Shown one piece after another: positions 1-8,841 of a stretch of 64,000 nucleotides of DNA. This stretch comes from Flavobacteriaceae bacterium (GTDB lineage: Bacteria; Bacteroidota; Bacteroidia; Flavobacteriales_C; GCA-002722245), in NCBI GenBank assembly GCA_964230605.1, contig CAXRIN010000058.1:10969-74968 (forward strand), in the 5' to 3' direction. The notes beneath the pieces were generated by a model. The model was not told the origin of the DNA and did not search any database. It saw only the letters and a list, made by a program, of their open reading frames with translations. Position 1 is the stretch's first letter, and every line of letters starts with the position of its first letter. A program made the position numbers and the translations under genes.

Positions 1-1
1 T

Positions 2-163
2 TGGGGGATCGTTCTTATCGTTTTAGTTGTTCTTTTATTATTTGGAGGAAAGAAGATTCCGGAACTAATGAAAGGATTAGGAAAGGGTGTTAAAGAATTC
101 AAAGACGCAACTAACGAAATGAAGAACGAAGCGAAAGGAGAAGTTGAAGAGAAGAAAAACTAA
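2..163 (+). CDS. tatA: Twin-arginine translocase TatA/E family subunit, 5' end cut by the window edge
   Basis: Frame 2 reads [53 protein letters not shown] then TAA at 161-163. A hydrophobic helix followed by [16 protein letters not shown] is the TatA signature. It is absent from the ORF track because no start codon lies in the window. Confidence 0.8.
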   Translation, partial: WGIVLIVLVVLLLFGGKKIPELMKGLGKGVKEFKDATNEMKNEAKGEVEEKKN

Positions 164-187
164 ATTTCGTTTTGAAAAATATTTAAA

Positions 188-213
188 GGCTGTCCTTCGG
201 ACAGTCTTTTTTG
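188..213 (+). terminator. Rho-independent terminator after tatA
   Basis: GGCTGTC (188-194) pairs with GACAGTC (200-206), including one G-U, around a 5-nt loop. A T-run follows at 207-212. Confidence 0.6.
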
Positions 214-242
214 TTTTGTGATGTTTGGTTAAATTTACACGC

Positions 243-1799
243 ATGGAGAATCGTTTGGATTACTTGGTTATTGGAGGAGGAATCGCAGGATTAAGTTTTG
301 CACTTAAAGCTGCTGATACTGGTGTTGTTGGGTTGATTACGAAAGAAAACACCCAAGAATCCAATACATCTTATGCTCAGGGCGGAATTGCTGGAGTTTG
401 GACAGAAACGGATGATTTTGAAAAACACATTGCTGATACACTTGATGCTGGAGCTGGGTTAAATAAAAAAGAGATTGTAGAAATTGTTGTTAAAGAAGCA
501 AAAACAAGAATTGACGAATTAATAGCATGGGGAACTAAATTTGATAAAAACCGAAAAGGTGACTATGATCTTGCAAAAGAAGGAGGCCATTCGGAAAACA
601 GAATCCTTCATTACAAAGACATTACAGGAAAAGAGATTGTAAGGGCTTTACTTGAACAAGTAGAGCAGCATCCTAACATTCATATTTATACAGACCACTT
701 TGCGATTGATATTATTACTCAGCACCATTTAGGTGAAAAAATCACAAGAAAAGAAGGAAATATTGAGTGTTATGGAGCTTACGTTTTAAACAAAGTAACC
801 AAAGAAATTGAAACTATCTTAGCCAAAAATGTGATAATGGCTACAGGTGGCGCTGGTCTTGCTTACAAATCCACAACAAATCCACTTATTGCTACTGGTG
901 ATGGAATTGCCATGGCATACCGAGCAAAGGCAGAGGTTAAAGACATGGAGTTTGTTCAATTTCACCCTACCTCTCTTTACAATCCAGGTTCTTATCCATC
1001 CTTTTTAGTTTCCGAAGCCGTTAGAGGTTTTGGTGGTGTTTTAAGGGATCAAAACGGGAATGAGTTTATGCAGAAATATGACGAGCGTGGTTCATTAGCT
1101 CCTCGTGATATTGTTGCTAGATCAATTGATACCGAGATGAAAATTCACGGTGAAGATTGCATGTATTTGGATTGTACGCATTTGAATATGAAAAAATTCA
1201 AAGCTCATTTTCCTAATATTTATAATAAATGTAAATCCTTGGGTATTGACCCTGCATTTGACTACATCCCTGTAGTTCCAGCAGCTCACTATACTTGCGG
1301 AGGTATTGTTGTTGATGAACACGGGCAATCATCAATTAAAAACCTTTATGCCATTGGAGAGTGTTCGTGTACTGGATTGCATGGCGCTAACAGATTAGCA
1401 AGTAATTCATTACTAGAGGCGATTGTATTTTCACATCGTGCTTTCCTAAAATCGAGTGAAAATATTACTGCAAAGGATTTTAAAAATAACGTTCCAAATT
1501 GGGATGCTTCAGGAACTGAAGCTCCTGAGGAAATGGTTCTTATCACTCAAAGTTTACGTGAAGTACAAGGCATAATGAGTTCGTATGTAGGAATTGTAAG
1601 AAGTGATTTGCGTTTAAAACGAGCTTTGGACAGACTTGAAATTCTTTACCGAGAAGTTGAAGAATTGTACGAAAAAACAACTCCATCCCAAAAGCTTTGT
1701 GAAACAAGGAACTTAATTAATGTAGCCTATCTTATAATTAAATTCGCGTCGAATAGAAAAGAAAGTGTTGGATTACACTACTCGTTGGACTATAATTAA
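243..1799 (+). CDS. nadB: L-aspartate oxidase
   Basis: FAD Rossmann motif DYLVIGGGIAGLSFA at the N-terminus. HYTCGGI and GECSCTGLHGANRLASNSLLE motifs of the aspartate oxidase/succinate dehydrogenase flavoprotein family are present, and length is about 520 aa. The ORF track starts at TTG 225; I prefer the first ATG at 243 (MENRLDY). Confidence 0.9.
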   Translation: MENRLDYLVIGGGIAGLSFALKAADTGVVGLITKENTQESNTSYAQGGIAGVWTETDDFEKHIADTLDAGAGLNKKEIVEIVVKEAKTRIDELIAWGTKFDKNRKGDYDLAKEGGHSENRILHYKDITGKEIVRALLEQVEQHPNIHIYTDHFAIDIITQHHLGEKITRKEGNIECYGAYVLNKVTKEIETILAKNVIMATGGAGLAYKSTTNPLIATGDGIAMAYRAKAEVKDMEFVQFHPTSLYNPGSYPSFLVSEAVRGFGGVLRDQNGNEFMQKYDERGSLAPRDIVARSIDTEMKIHGEDCMYLDCTHLNMKKFKAHFPNIYNKCKSLGIDPAFDYIPVVPAAHYTCGGIVVDEHGQSSIKNLYAIGECSCTGLHGANRLASNSLLEAIVFSHRAFLKSSENITAKDFKNNVPNWDASGTEAPEEMVLITQSLREVQGIMSSYVGIVRSDLRLKRALDRLEILYREVEELYEKTTPSQKLCETRNLINVAYLIIKFASNRKESVGLHYSLDYN

Positions 1800-1829
1800 A
1801 AGTAAGGGCAGATTTTAAAAATGCTTAAC

Positions 1830-2456
1830 TTATTTTGCCCACTTCTTGATTTCTGCAAGCGTTGAAGAATCTCCTTCCCAGTTTTGAAACTCCATTTTAC
1901 CTGGTCCTTTGTATGATGCAAACCAAGTTTGGACGATTTGCTTAACAGATTCTGGCAATTCGTTGTAACTTGAAATTCCTAAAACATTCAAGTCTTTATT
2001 AAGCGGAACAGCTATGATTTTATGATCTTCTTCGCCTCTATCCAAAAGTTTTAGCGTAGCAATAGGCTGAATAGCCAAAACTGATCCTTGCGGCACAGTT
2101 TCTCCTAATATTAAAACGTCTAAAGCATCTCCATCTCCACCTCTATCTTTATCCATTAAAGTGCCAGGAAGAAATCCATAATTACCAGGATAAGGCAGAA
2201 ATTTTACGACTCTTTCTTTACCATCTATGATTTCACATTCGAAGGATTTAGAGTCGTAATTATACTCATATTTATGATTAGTTCCAGCAGGAATTTCAAT
2301 TACAGCCTGCATGTGACCAAGTTCATTTTTTAATGGCGTTTTCCTATGATCAGGAAGAATTTCTTTAGAAGCCGAATTTAGTCCATCAACTCCTACCCCG
2401 TCATTTCCGCACGAAAGAAGAAAAAATGAAGCAAGTAAAATCAAAAAGAATCTCAT
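1830..2456 (-). CDS. ppa: Family I inorganic pyrophosphatase with lipoprotein signal peptide
   Basis: PPase motifs EIPAGTNHKYEY, YPGNYGFLPGTL and GGDGDALDVLIL. The N-terminus MRFFLILLASFFLLSCG is a signal peptide plus lipobox. The start ATG overlaps the upstream stop (TAATG at 2454-2458). Confidence 0.85.
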   Translation of the reverse strand: MRFFLILLASFFLLSCGNDGVGVDGLNSASKEILPDHRKTPLKNELGHMQAVIEIPAGTNHKYEYNYDSKSFECEIIDGKERVVKFLPYPGNYGFLPGTLMDKDRGGDGDALDVLILGETVPQGSVLAIQPIATLKLLDRGEEDHKIIAVPLNKDLNVLGISSYNELPESVKQIVQTWFASYKGPGKMEFQNWEGDSSTLAEIKKWAK

Positions 2457-3094
2457 TACACTTGCTCTTTGTAATAAATTTTAACTTCAGCTACATCTTT
2501 AAGGAAATCAATATTTCCAACGCTTACTTTGAAAACCTCTAAACCAGTTCTCTCTTTTAAATCAGCAATTAACTCAGCTTCTTTCTCTGGTTTAATCATA
2601 TCTATCTTCTCGTAAACTATAGTCTTACTTCTTTCATGATTATTAAACCAAATCGTTTCAATCCCATAGGTTGTTGCAACTATCATAAGATCCACAAAAA
2701 TAATCTCTACGTGACTGATTTTTTTATTTGATAATGCATTAATCATTGCCAAACCTATTACAATGAACAGATAAGTCATTTCCTTAAATGGAATTGTCTC
2801 TGTACGATATCTAATTATTCCAAAAACAGCGAATAATCCGAATGCGAATCCCATTTCCATGTTTGTTTTTCTAAAAAGCACACAAACAAAGAAGGTAATG
2901 ATGTTAAAAATGATGAATGTAAACAGGTAATCCTTATCTCTATTATTACGATAAAAGATGTATCGAACTGTTATAAATAGAAAAGTGAAGTTTAGTAAAA
3001 ACTTAAAAATCAACTTCCAGAAATCGTCTGCATTGAAGATTTCCATTCCAAATAATCTAACAACTTCAGCTGTTTCCATTCCAAATATTCCCAT
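2456..3094 (-). CDS. DUF4956-like multi-pass membrane protein
   Basis: Several hydrophobic helices plus a GLFAVFGIIRYRTETIPFKEMTYLF segment that I recognise as DUF4956-like, and a soluble C-terminal tail. The start is uncertain: ATG at 3094, 3079 or 3046. Confidence 0.6.
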   Translation of the reverse strand: MGIFGMETAEVVRLFGMEIFNADDFWKLIFKFLLNFTFLFITVRYIFYRNNRDKDYLFTFIIFNIITFFVCVLFRKTNMEMGFAFGLFAVFGIIRYRTETIPFKEMTYLFIVIGLAMINALSNKKISHVEIIFVDLMIVATTYGIETIWFNNHERSKTIVYEKIDMIKPEKEAELIADLKERTGLEVFKVSVGNIDFLKDVAEVKIYYKEQV

Positions 3095-3860
3095 GATCTT
3101 GATGTATTTTGTTTAAATAGAGCATGTTGCTCTTGAATTTATTGTATTTAAGATGGCTGTTCAGTAATGTAGCACCTGAAGCATATTTGCTGAAACTAGC
3201 TTGACGAATTCCCTTATCCTTCAAAACCTGCATCACTTTTGAACTTCTGTTAACCTTTTCCTGCTTAACCTCTGCTATTACTAAGTTATCTAGTTTCTTG
3301 TCTATTTCTCCTTTTGCAAAACCTAGAGAAAAGTCAATCGTTAATCTTTCTTTATCAGTTTTGCTCACCAAAGTTATTCTTGAGAAACTATTAGTCAAAA
3401 CATGAATTAAATTATCCACCTCAAAAGGTGTTTTTTCATTCAAAAATTCGGTGTCAATCGAATCAAAATTGTCTAAATCAACCCACGACTTAATTCGAGA
3501 TTTTAAAGTTTTACCCTTATTATTCTTGAATTTAACTTCAAGGAAAGAAAGATCCGAACCAACATATTCTCTGTATCTTACTTTATACCTGTTTTGCTTT
3601 CCATTTTGATGGGCAGTGAACATGTAAAAGTCTGATGTGTCAAAGTAATCGGTTTTATAGTTGGCAAATCTTTTCCCTTTTATTTCTAAAGACTTATAAA
3701 AAGGTTGCACAGCCTTTAAGATTTCCGGCAATAGTTTAGCTTCAAACACAAACTTTGTGTCTGTTCTGTCCATTAAACTAACTCCATCCATTTCAGCCAA
3801 ATTGATTGGCTCAAATGTTTGTAGTTCATTTACTACGCTATTTAACTGTTGCTTTTCCAA
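3066..3860 (-). CDS. VTC domain (polyphosphate-polymerase-like, CYTH/triphosphate-tunnel superfamily) protein
   Basis: Segments LMDRTDTKFVF, YKSLEIKGKRFANYKTDYFDT, NRYKVRYREY and SFLEVKFKNNKGKTLKSR match the basic-residue tunnel pattern of bacterial VTC domain proteins. No signal peptide or TM helix. The ORF begins with TTG at 3860, and the conserved N-terminal segment lies upstream of the first ATG. Confidence 0.7.
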   Translation of the reverse strand: MEKQQLNSVVNELQTFEPINLAEMDGVSLMDRTDTKFVFEAKLLPEILKAVQPFYKSLEIKGKRFANYKTDYFDTSDFYMFTAHQNGKQNRYKVRYREYVGSDLSFLEVKFKNNKGKTLKSRIKSWVDLDNFDSIDTEFLNEKTPFEVDNLIHVLTNSFSRITLVSKTDKERLTIDFSLGFAKGEIDKKLDNLVIAEVKQEKVNRSSKVMQVLKDKGIRQASFSKYASGATLLNSHLKYNKFKSNMLYLNKIHQDHGNIWNGNS

Positions 3861-5637
3861 ACTCGTTCCCGTATAGAATCCCTCTTACGTCTTCAGTATA
3901 TTTATCTACAGATTTACCATCTAGCGTTAAACTAGATTTTGTTTCAATCAAGAAATCCTTTTTAAAATCATTATACTTAATGTTTGTTCCTTCAATTACG
4001 GATGGTCCAAATTCCTTTTTCTTTTGAAATGCACAAAAAACAACCTCGGAATTCTTTACCTCAGAATTAGCAATTTTTATTGATGATTTGTCTTTTGCAG
4101 TGATGGCTAATGACGCTCCATCAATTACAATTTGATCAACATCCATAGCACTTGCCTCTCCAGAACTTAAAGCTTTATCAGCTACTTCAATAAACGTACA
4201 ACCAACAATTTTCACTTGACTTCCAGAAACATCGATTCCATCATTTCCTAATTTCCTAAAAGTCGTATTACTTATTAATCCATCACTAAAATCAGCATCG
4301 AAAGCATCTGAAAAAGTATTTTCAAACAAACAACTATCAACTACAAAAGGATATGAACGGAACAAATTCAATCCATCCTCACTTTGATTATTCAAGAATT
4401 TACTATTCTTTACTGTGACTGGTGATTCATAAAAAGTGACTGCACTTGGCAATTTCCAATTCATGAATTCCAAATTCTTTAATCCATCAAATGTGGCATT
4501 TTTCACACTAGATGGCAATTTTGCATTTATTACATGTAAACCTCTTCCAGAAGAATCGGATGTGGTAATTGTAAGTCCATTTATTTGAACAGGAGAAAAA
4601 CTCAAAATGAAACCATCATTTATTAAATCTATTTTTTGTCCTTCAGAAAACTCAATTTTCACACCCTTTGGAGCAATTACGTTATCGGAAATTACCGTTT
4701 GATTATCCTTTAATATATACTTCCCATTTTGTTTGTGGAAATACTTTAAAAATGCATCTTGATTAAAACAAGAAACTGTATCAACAAATAAATTTTGAGC
4801 TTTAAATGTTTTTAGTTCTATTCCGCTCGACTCAACTAAACTCTTCTGCTCATCAGTAAAACTTAAAGAAGCCATCAATTGATTATCTCCTTCCAACTTT
4901 CCTCTTACATTGTCTGCAGTTGCTTCTTTTTCGAAACGAGCATAAGGCTCTATTAAATTAGAAACAGGGTTAAGATAATAAACAAAGCTAATATGCTTGC
5001 TTTCAGATAAATTAAAGGCTTTTAAAGTAGATAAGACTGTGATTGTTTTTTCCCAATCAAACAAACATTGCGTTGCTAACACGTTTGTTTTCCAACTTTG
5101 AATTCTAGACTTTAGTTTAGTAATTCCTTCATCTGTAATTCCTTTTGGTGTAGATAAAACATCGAGATCTTCATTAACAATAGAGAATAAAATTCCCTCT
5201 CTGTTACTATTACTTTCAATTAATTGCTTTTCAATCCCTTCTTGATAAAAAGCTTCACCTAGAGTATCCTTGAATTGAACCCCCATTAAAGAACAATCAA
5301 AACCAATTAATTTTTGTGCTTTTAAAGCTTTTTGAAATGAAACTAATTGTTTAAATATAACCTGATCATCTTCAGAAGATATCCAGAAAAAATCTAATTC
5401 TCTTTTACTTAGTAGAGTGGATTTCTTTTTAGTTGAAAGCGTGAACCCATTTTCGTTTTTAATGATCTCAACTTTAACCTCTTGGTCATCAAATTTAGCT
5501 TTGTACTTTTTGTCTTCATTAATGGAATTTAGTTTTGCATCTAACTCCAAATCAACAACAATTTCAGCCTTGTTTTTCTTATCTCCACAAGACAATAAAA
5601 TCAAGCTAAACAAGCCTAAAGTGAATATTCTTTTCAT
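3838..5637 (-). CDS. Lipoprotein with C-terminal right-handed parallel beta-helix repeats; N-terminal part possibly CotH-like
   Basis: MKRIFTLGLFSLILLSCG is a signal peptide plus lipobox. The C-terminal 250 aa carry repeated short beta-helix turns (DAFDADFSDGLISNTTF, GNDGIDVSGSQVKIVGCTF, ADKALSSGEAS, ITAKDKSSIKIANSEV). The CotH resemblance of the N-terminal region is only motif-level and from memory. Confidence 0.5.
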   Translation of the reverse strand: MKRIFTLGLFSLILLSCGDKKNKAEIVVDLELDAKLNSINEDKKYKAKFDDQEVKVEIIKNENGFTLSTKKKSTLLSKRELDFFWISSEDDQVIFKQLVSFQKALKAQKLIGFDCSLMGVQFKDTLGEAFYQEGIEKQLIESNSNREGILFSIVNEDLDVLSTPKGITDEGITKLKSRIQSWKTNVLATQCLFDWEKTITVLSTLKAFNLSESKHISFVYYLNPVSNLIEPYARFEKEATADNVRGKLEGDNQLMASLSFTDEQKSLVESSGIELKTFKAQNLFVDTVSCFNQDAFLKYFHKQNGKYILKDNQTVISDNVIAPKGVKIEFSEGQKIDLINDGFILSFSPVQINGLTITTSDSSGRGLHVINAKLPSSVKNATFDGLKNLEFMNWKLPSAVTFYESPVTVKNSKFLNNQSEDGLNLFRSYPFVVDSCLFENTFSDAFDADFSDGLISNTTFRKLGNDGIDVSGSQVKIVGCTFIEVADKALSSGEASAMDVDQIVIDGASLAITAKDKSSIKIANSEVKNSEVVFCAFQKKKEFGPSVIEGTNIKYNDFKKDFLIETKSSLTLDGKSVDKYTEDVRGILYGNEFGKATVK

Positions 5638-5651
5638 TCGAAAATTTTGGG

Positions 5652-5659
5652 CAAATGTA
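5652..5659 (-). promoter_or_regulatory. Bacteroidota-type -7 box (TACATTTG) upstream of the beta-helix/VTC operon
   Basis: The minus strand reads TACATTTG, matching the TAnnTTTG consensus, 14 nt upstream of the ATG at 5637. Confidence 0.4.
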
Positions 5660-5674
5660 GAACAAAATTATAAA

Positions 5675-5911
5675 TTATACATATTCACCTCGATGAGGCT
5701 TTAGGTCATCCCTTAATTGAATCATATAATTTTTAGTAGTCAAAATATACGCCAAATAGTAATGGGGAAAAATCTCATCGCAATCAGCTGTTGTATTTTC
5801 TAAACCTTTAGCCTCAATATACTCTCTTACGTGCTTAACATGATGCTCTGCAACCTCTTTTGCATCAATACTTCTTAAATCCCAAATCAACTTTATTTTC
5901 TCATCACTCAT
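5675..5911 (-). CDS. Small hypothetical protein (78 aa)
   Basis: ORF MSDEKIKLIWDLRS...HRGEYV starting at the internal ATG 5911. The upstream part of the 121-aa track ORF is low-complexity and crosses a terminator-like hairpin. No recognisable family. Confidence 0.4.
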   Translation of the reverse strand: MSDEKIKLIWDLRSIDAKEVAEHHVKHVREYIEAKGLENTTADCDEIFPHYYLAYILTTKNYMIQLRDDLKPHRGEYV

Positions 5912-6004
5912 AATTTCAAAAATAAAGCTTCGTTTTGACTTATATTTCTTATCAGATAAAATTATTAAAATAAGTAATTGCTTTATTCTACTTAAAGAGA
6001 TCCT

Positions 6005-6035
6005 AAAAAACAAAAGCCACGCTTCTTGCGGGGCT
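6005..6035 (-). terminator. Putative Rho-independent terminator of the polysaccharide/M20 operon
   Basis: On the minus strand AGCCCCGC / GCGTGGCT forms an 8-bp stem with one mismatch and a 5-nt loop, followed by TTTGTTTTTT. It lies about 100 nt downstream of the M20 stop. Confidence 0.45.
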
Positions 6036-6134
6036 ATCATTTATCCATTCTAGGATGCCTAGATTTTTACTAGGACTTTTATTGTATCCATTGCAAAGAT
6101 GGTGAATCAACTTCATAATTGAGGAAATTGAATC

Positions 6135-7202
6135 TTAAGAAACCTTTAACTCTTCTCCCAATTGAGTTAACACTGAGATATATTTTGGGATAGCTTGTTC
6201 TAATTCTTCTATATAAATAAATTCATCGGCAGTGTGAGATCTTGCTGAATCTCCAGGACCCATTTTTACGCTCTCACAAGGCATAAGTGCCTGATCTGAA
6301 AGGGTTGGGGACCCGTATGTGTTGATTCCTAATTTTTCGGCAACTATCCTAATTGGATGATTTGGATTAACTCCACTTGAATTTAATCTGGTAGATCTTG
6401 CTATTACTTCACAGTTAACATTAGATTTAATAATATCCAAAACTTCCTGGTTTGTATACTTATCATTTACACGAACATCCACAACAAAATCGCATTCTGC
6501 GGGAACAACATTGTGCTGACTACCAGCCTTTATAACGGTAACACTCATGCTTATTCCCCCAATTTCATCCGAGTGATTTGGAAAGTCATAAGTATTAAAC
6601 CAATTAATGTCTTCTATAGCTCTGTAAATTGCATTTACGCCTTCTTTTCGCGCTGCGTGACCAGATTTACCTTTTGCCTTACAATCCAAAACCATTAAAC
6701 CTCTTTCGGCAATAGCAATGTCCAACAAAGTAGGTTCACCAACTATAGCGAAATCAATTTTTGGCAACGAGGGAAATAAGTATTCCATTCCATCTTTACC
6801 ACTAATTTCCTCTTCTGCTGAGGCAGCAAAAACCAAATTAAACGGTAAGTTTTCTTGGTTATAAAAATGAAGAAACGTTCCCAATAAAGTCACTAGAGCT
6901 CCTCCCGCATCATTACTTCCTAAGCCATATAATTTGCCATCTTGAATCTGTGCCTTATAAGGTTCTTTAGTGTAGCCTTTATTTGGCTTTACCGTGTCTA
7001 AATGTGAATTTAAAAGGATAGTATACTTATCCTCTGAAAAATTTTGATTTTTAGCCCAAACGTTGTTTTTATCTCGAACGAAAGGAACTCCATTTTTTGC
7101 TAAGATATTCTCTATATACTCTGCTGCTGGTTCTTCTTCTTTACTCAAAGATTTTATATCTATTAAACCAGCAAGTGTTTCAACAGGATTAATAGGCATC
7201 AT
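6135..7202 (-). CDS. M20 family metallohydrolase (ArgE/DapE-like deacylase)
   Basis: Motifs SHLDTVKP, GLGSNDAGGALV, AASAEEEISG and GKSGHAAR are typical of the acetylornithine deacetylase/succinyl-DAP desuccinylase family. The start (ATGATG at 7197-7202) lies 14 nt inside the upstream gene. Confidence 0.75.
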   Translation of the reverse strand: MMPINPVETLAGLIDIKSLSKEEEPAAEYIENILAKNGVPFVRDKNNVWAKNQNFSEDKYTILLNSHLDTVKPNKGYTKEPYKAQIQDGKLYGLGSNDAGGALVTLLGTFLHFYNQENLPFNLVFAASAEEEISGKDGMEYLFPSLPKIDFAIVGEPTLLDIAIAERGLMVLDCKAKGKSGHAARKEGVNAIYRAIEDINWFNTYDFPNHSDEIGGISMSVTVIKAGSQHNVVPAECDFVVDVRVNDKYTNQEVLDIIKSNVNCEVIARSTRLNSSGVNPNHPIRIVAEKLGINTYGSPTLSDQALMPCESVKMGPGDSARSHTADEFIYIEELEQAIPKYISVLTQLGEELKVS

Positions 7203-8841
7203 AGTAGAAGTTATTTAAGGTTGTTCTTAAACCAACGTATACAAAACGAGTTTCGTTTGACGATAGAGTTTTTCGTGATAGAGAACGATCCGTTAATCCG
7301 ATTTCGAAATATAAACGAGCTCTTGGGTTCACCATAAAAGCATATCGAACATCCATATAATTCAATTTATTTAAGTCACCTTGACCAATCGAGTATCCAG
7401 TTAATCCTTCATCTCCATTAATATCTACACGATTAGTATTGTATCCATAAAAGATATTTCCACCATGGTTTACTCCTAAAGTATCTCTTCCTATTTCCGA
7501 CCACACCACTTTCAAAGTAAACTTATGACGCTTGTATTTATAACGAACGATTCCCACAGCCTCCTGGAAATTTGCACCAAGTGGATGAGCCAAAGGCTCA
7601 TTCATTTGAGTGTGAGCATTGGCACTATCAAAATGAGTATAAGTAAATGGACGAACAGCGTTATATTCTAACTGAGCACTTAATCCGTAAACGTTAGCAA
7701 TATTATATGCTTTAACTCCGATTTGAGCTCCATATTTATTTCGCCAAGACCCGTTAAAATCCCTGAAATCTTGGGTATTAAATTCGTCTAGAATAAACTG
7801 CCCATAAGCCGTAAACTTATCTGAAATCTTATACTTAGCCGTAGCTCCCAAAATCACATTATCAGCCGATCCATTTTGCCATTCAACCGGTCTCATAAAA
7901 ATTACCGGATTCATATATTGCCAATCAAATCCTTTGTCTGCTTTTAACCAAGAAACCGATTCGTAAAGGGAAAAGTTAATTTTCTTTGTAATATTCCAGC
8001 TTAAATAATGAACAGCTAGGTACTTTTGCGTCCAGTTTTGATCTGCATTTGCTCCAGGTCCAAAACCAATATGGCTTAATTGTGCCCAAAGATTTACGTA
8101 CTTAATATTCCAAACATTCGTTTCTAATTTGAAATAAGGGTAGTTGAAAGCATTATCACTCAATAATAGCGATCGATAACCATCTCCTAAGAAGTTTTTC
8201 CCGTGTCCTAAATAAGCAGTGAAATACTTATTTCCTCTATAACCAACAGCACCAGAAGCAAAAGCCCAGTCTGCTCCTGCATTTTCTTTGAAAATCTTAT
8301 ATCTTCCTTGTCCAGGAACTACATATCCAGACTGCGCATAGCTGTTTATGTATGGCAATAATTTCGCTTGATTTTCATAAAAAGCGGACTCAAAAAACAC
8401 TTTTTCGCCAATTTGTCCGGATAACCAATAACCTCTCGTATTATTCCAAAAGTATTCCTTCAAATAAGCTTCACGACCTGTTTGTAAACCCAAAAGCATA
8501 TTCCCGCGGATTTTTAACCCGTCGTTATTGACATATACCAGATCCTCATCCATTAACTTGTTTTCAGACCATCGTAAGAATTTCGCCCAATTTGAAGTTG
8601 GCAATAAATATAACCTGTTCGTATCCGTAACCGTTGAATCAATCGAATCCATATTGATTACCTTTTGAACATCCTGGTAGAAATATGGCTTAATAGAAGT
8701 GTGACTATTGGATTTTGTTTCATTAAGGTACATCTCAACAAATGCATTTTCGTCGTGATCCAAAGGATAAAATAATTGCTGAGCGTAAGAAACTGCCACT
8801 CCGAAAAATAGAATGGCTAATAAGCGAAATTTAGTAATCAT
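7189..8841 (-). CDS. Capsule-assembly Wzi family / RemB-like outer-membrane beta-barrel protein (copy 2)
   Basis: Signal peptide MITKFRLLAILFFGVAVSYAQ. GHGKNFLGDGYRSLLLSDNAFNYPY core, alternating beta-strand pattern and a C-terminal aromatic residue (YYDAY). Paralog of the upstream gene. Confidence 0.55.
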   Translation of the reverse strand: MITKFRLLAILFFGVAVSYAQQLFYPLDHDENAFVEMYLNETKSNSHTSIKPYFYQDVQKVINMDSIDSTVTDTNRLYLLPTSNWAKFLRWSENKLMDEDLVYVNNDGLKIRGNMLLGLQTGREAYLKEYFWNNTRGYWLSGQIGEKVFFESAFYENQAKLLPYINSYAQSGYVVPGQGRYKIFKENAGADWAFASGAVGYRGNKYFTAYLGHGKNFLGDGYRSLLLSDNAFNYPYFKLETNVWNIKYVNLWAQLSHIGFGPGANADQNWTQKYLAVHYLSWNITKKINFSLYESVSWLKADKGFDWQYMNPVIFMRPVEWQNGSADNVILGATAKYKISDKFTAYGQFILDEFNTQDFRDFNGSWRNKYGAQIGVKAYNIANVYGLSAQLEYNAVRPFTYTHFDSANAHTQMNEPLAHPLGANFQEAVGIVRYKYKRHKFTLKVVWSEIGRDTLGVNHGGNIFYGYNTNRVDINGDEGLTGYSIGQGDLNKLNYMDVRYAFMVNPRARLYFEIGLTDRSLSRKTLSSNETRFVYVGLRTTLNNFYYDAY

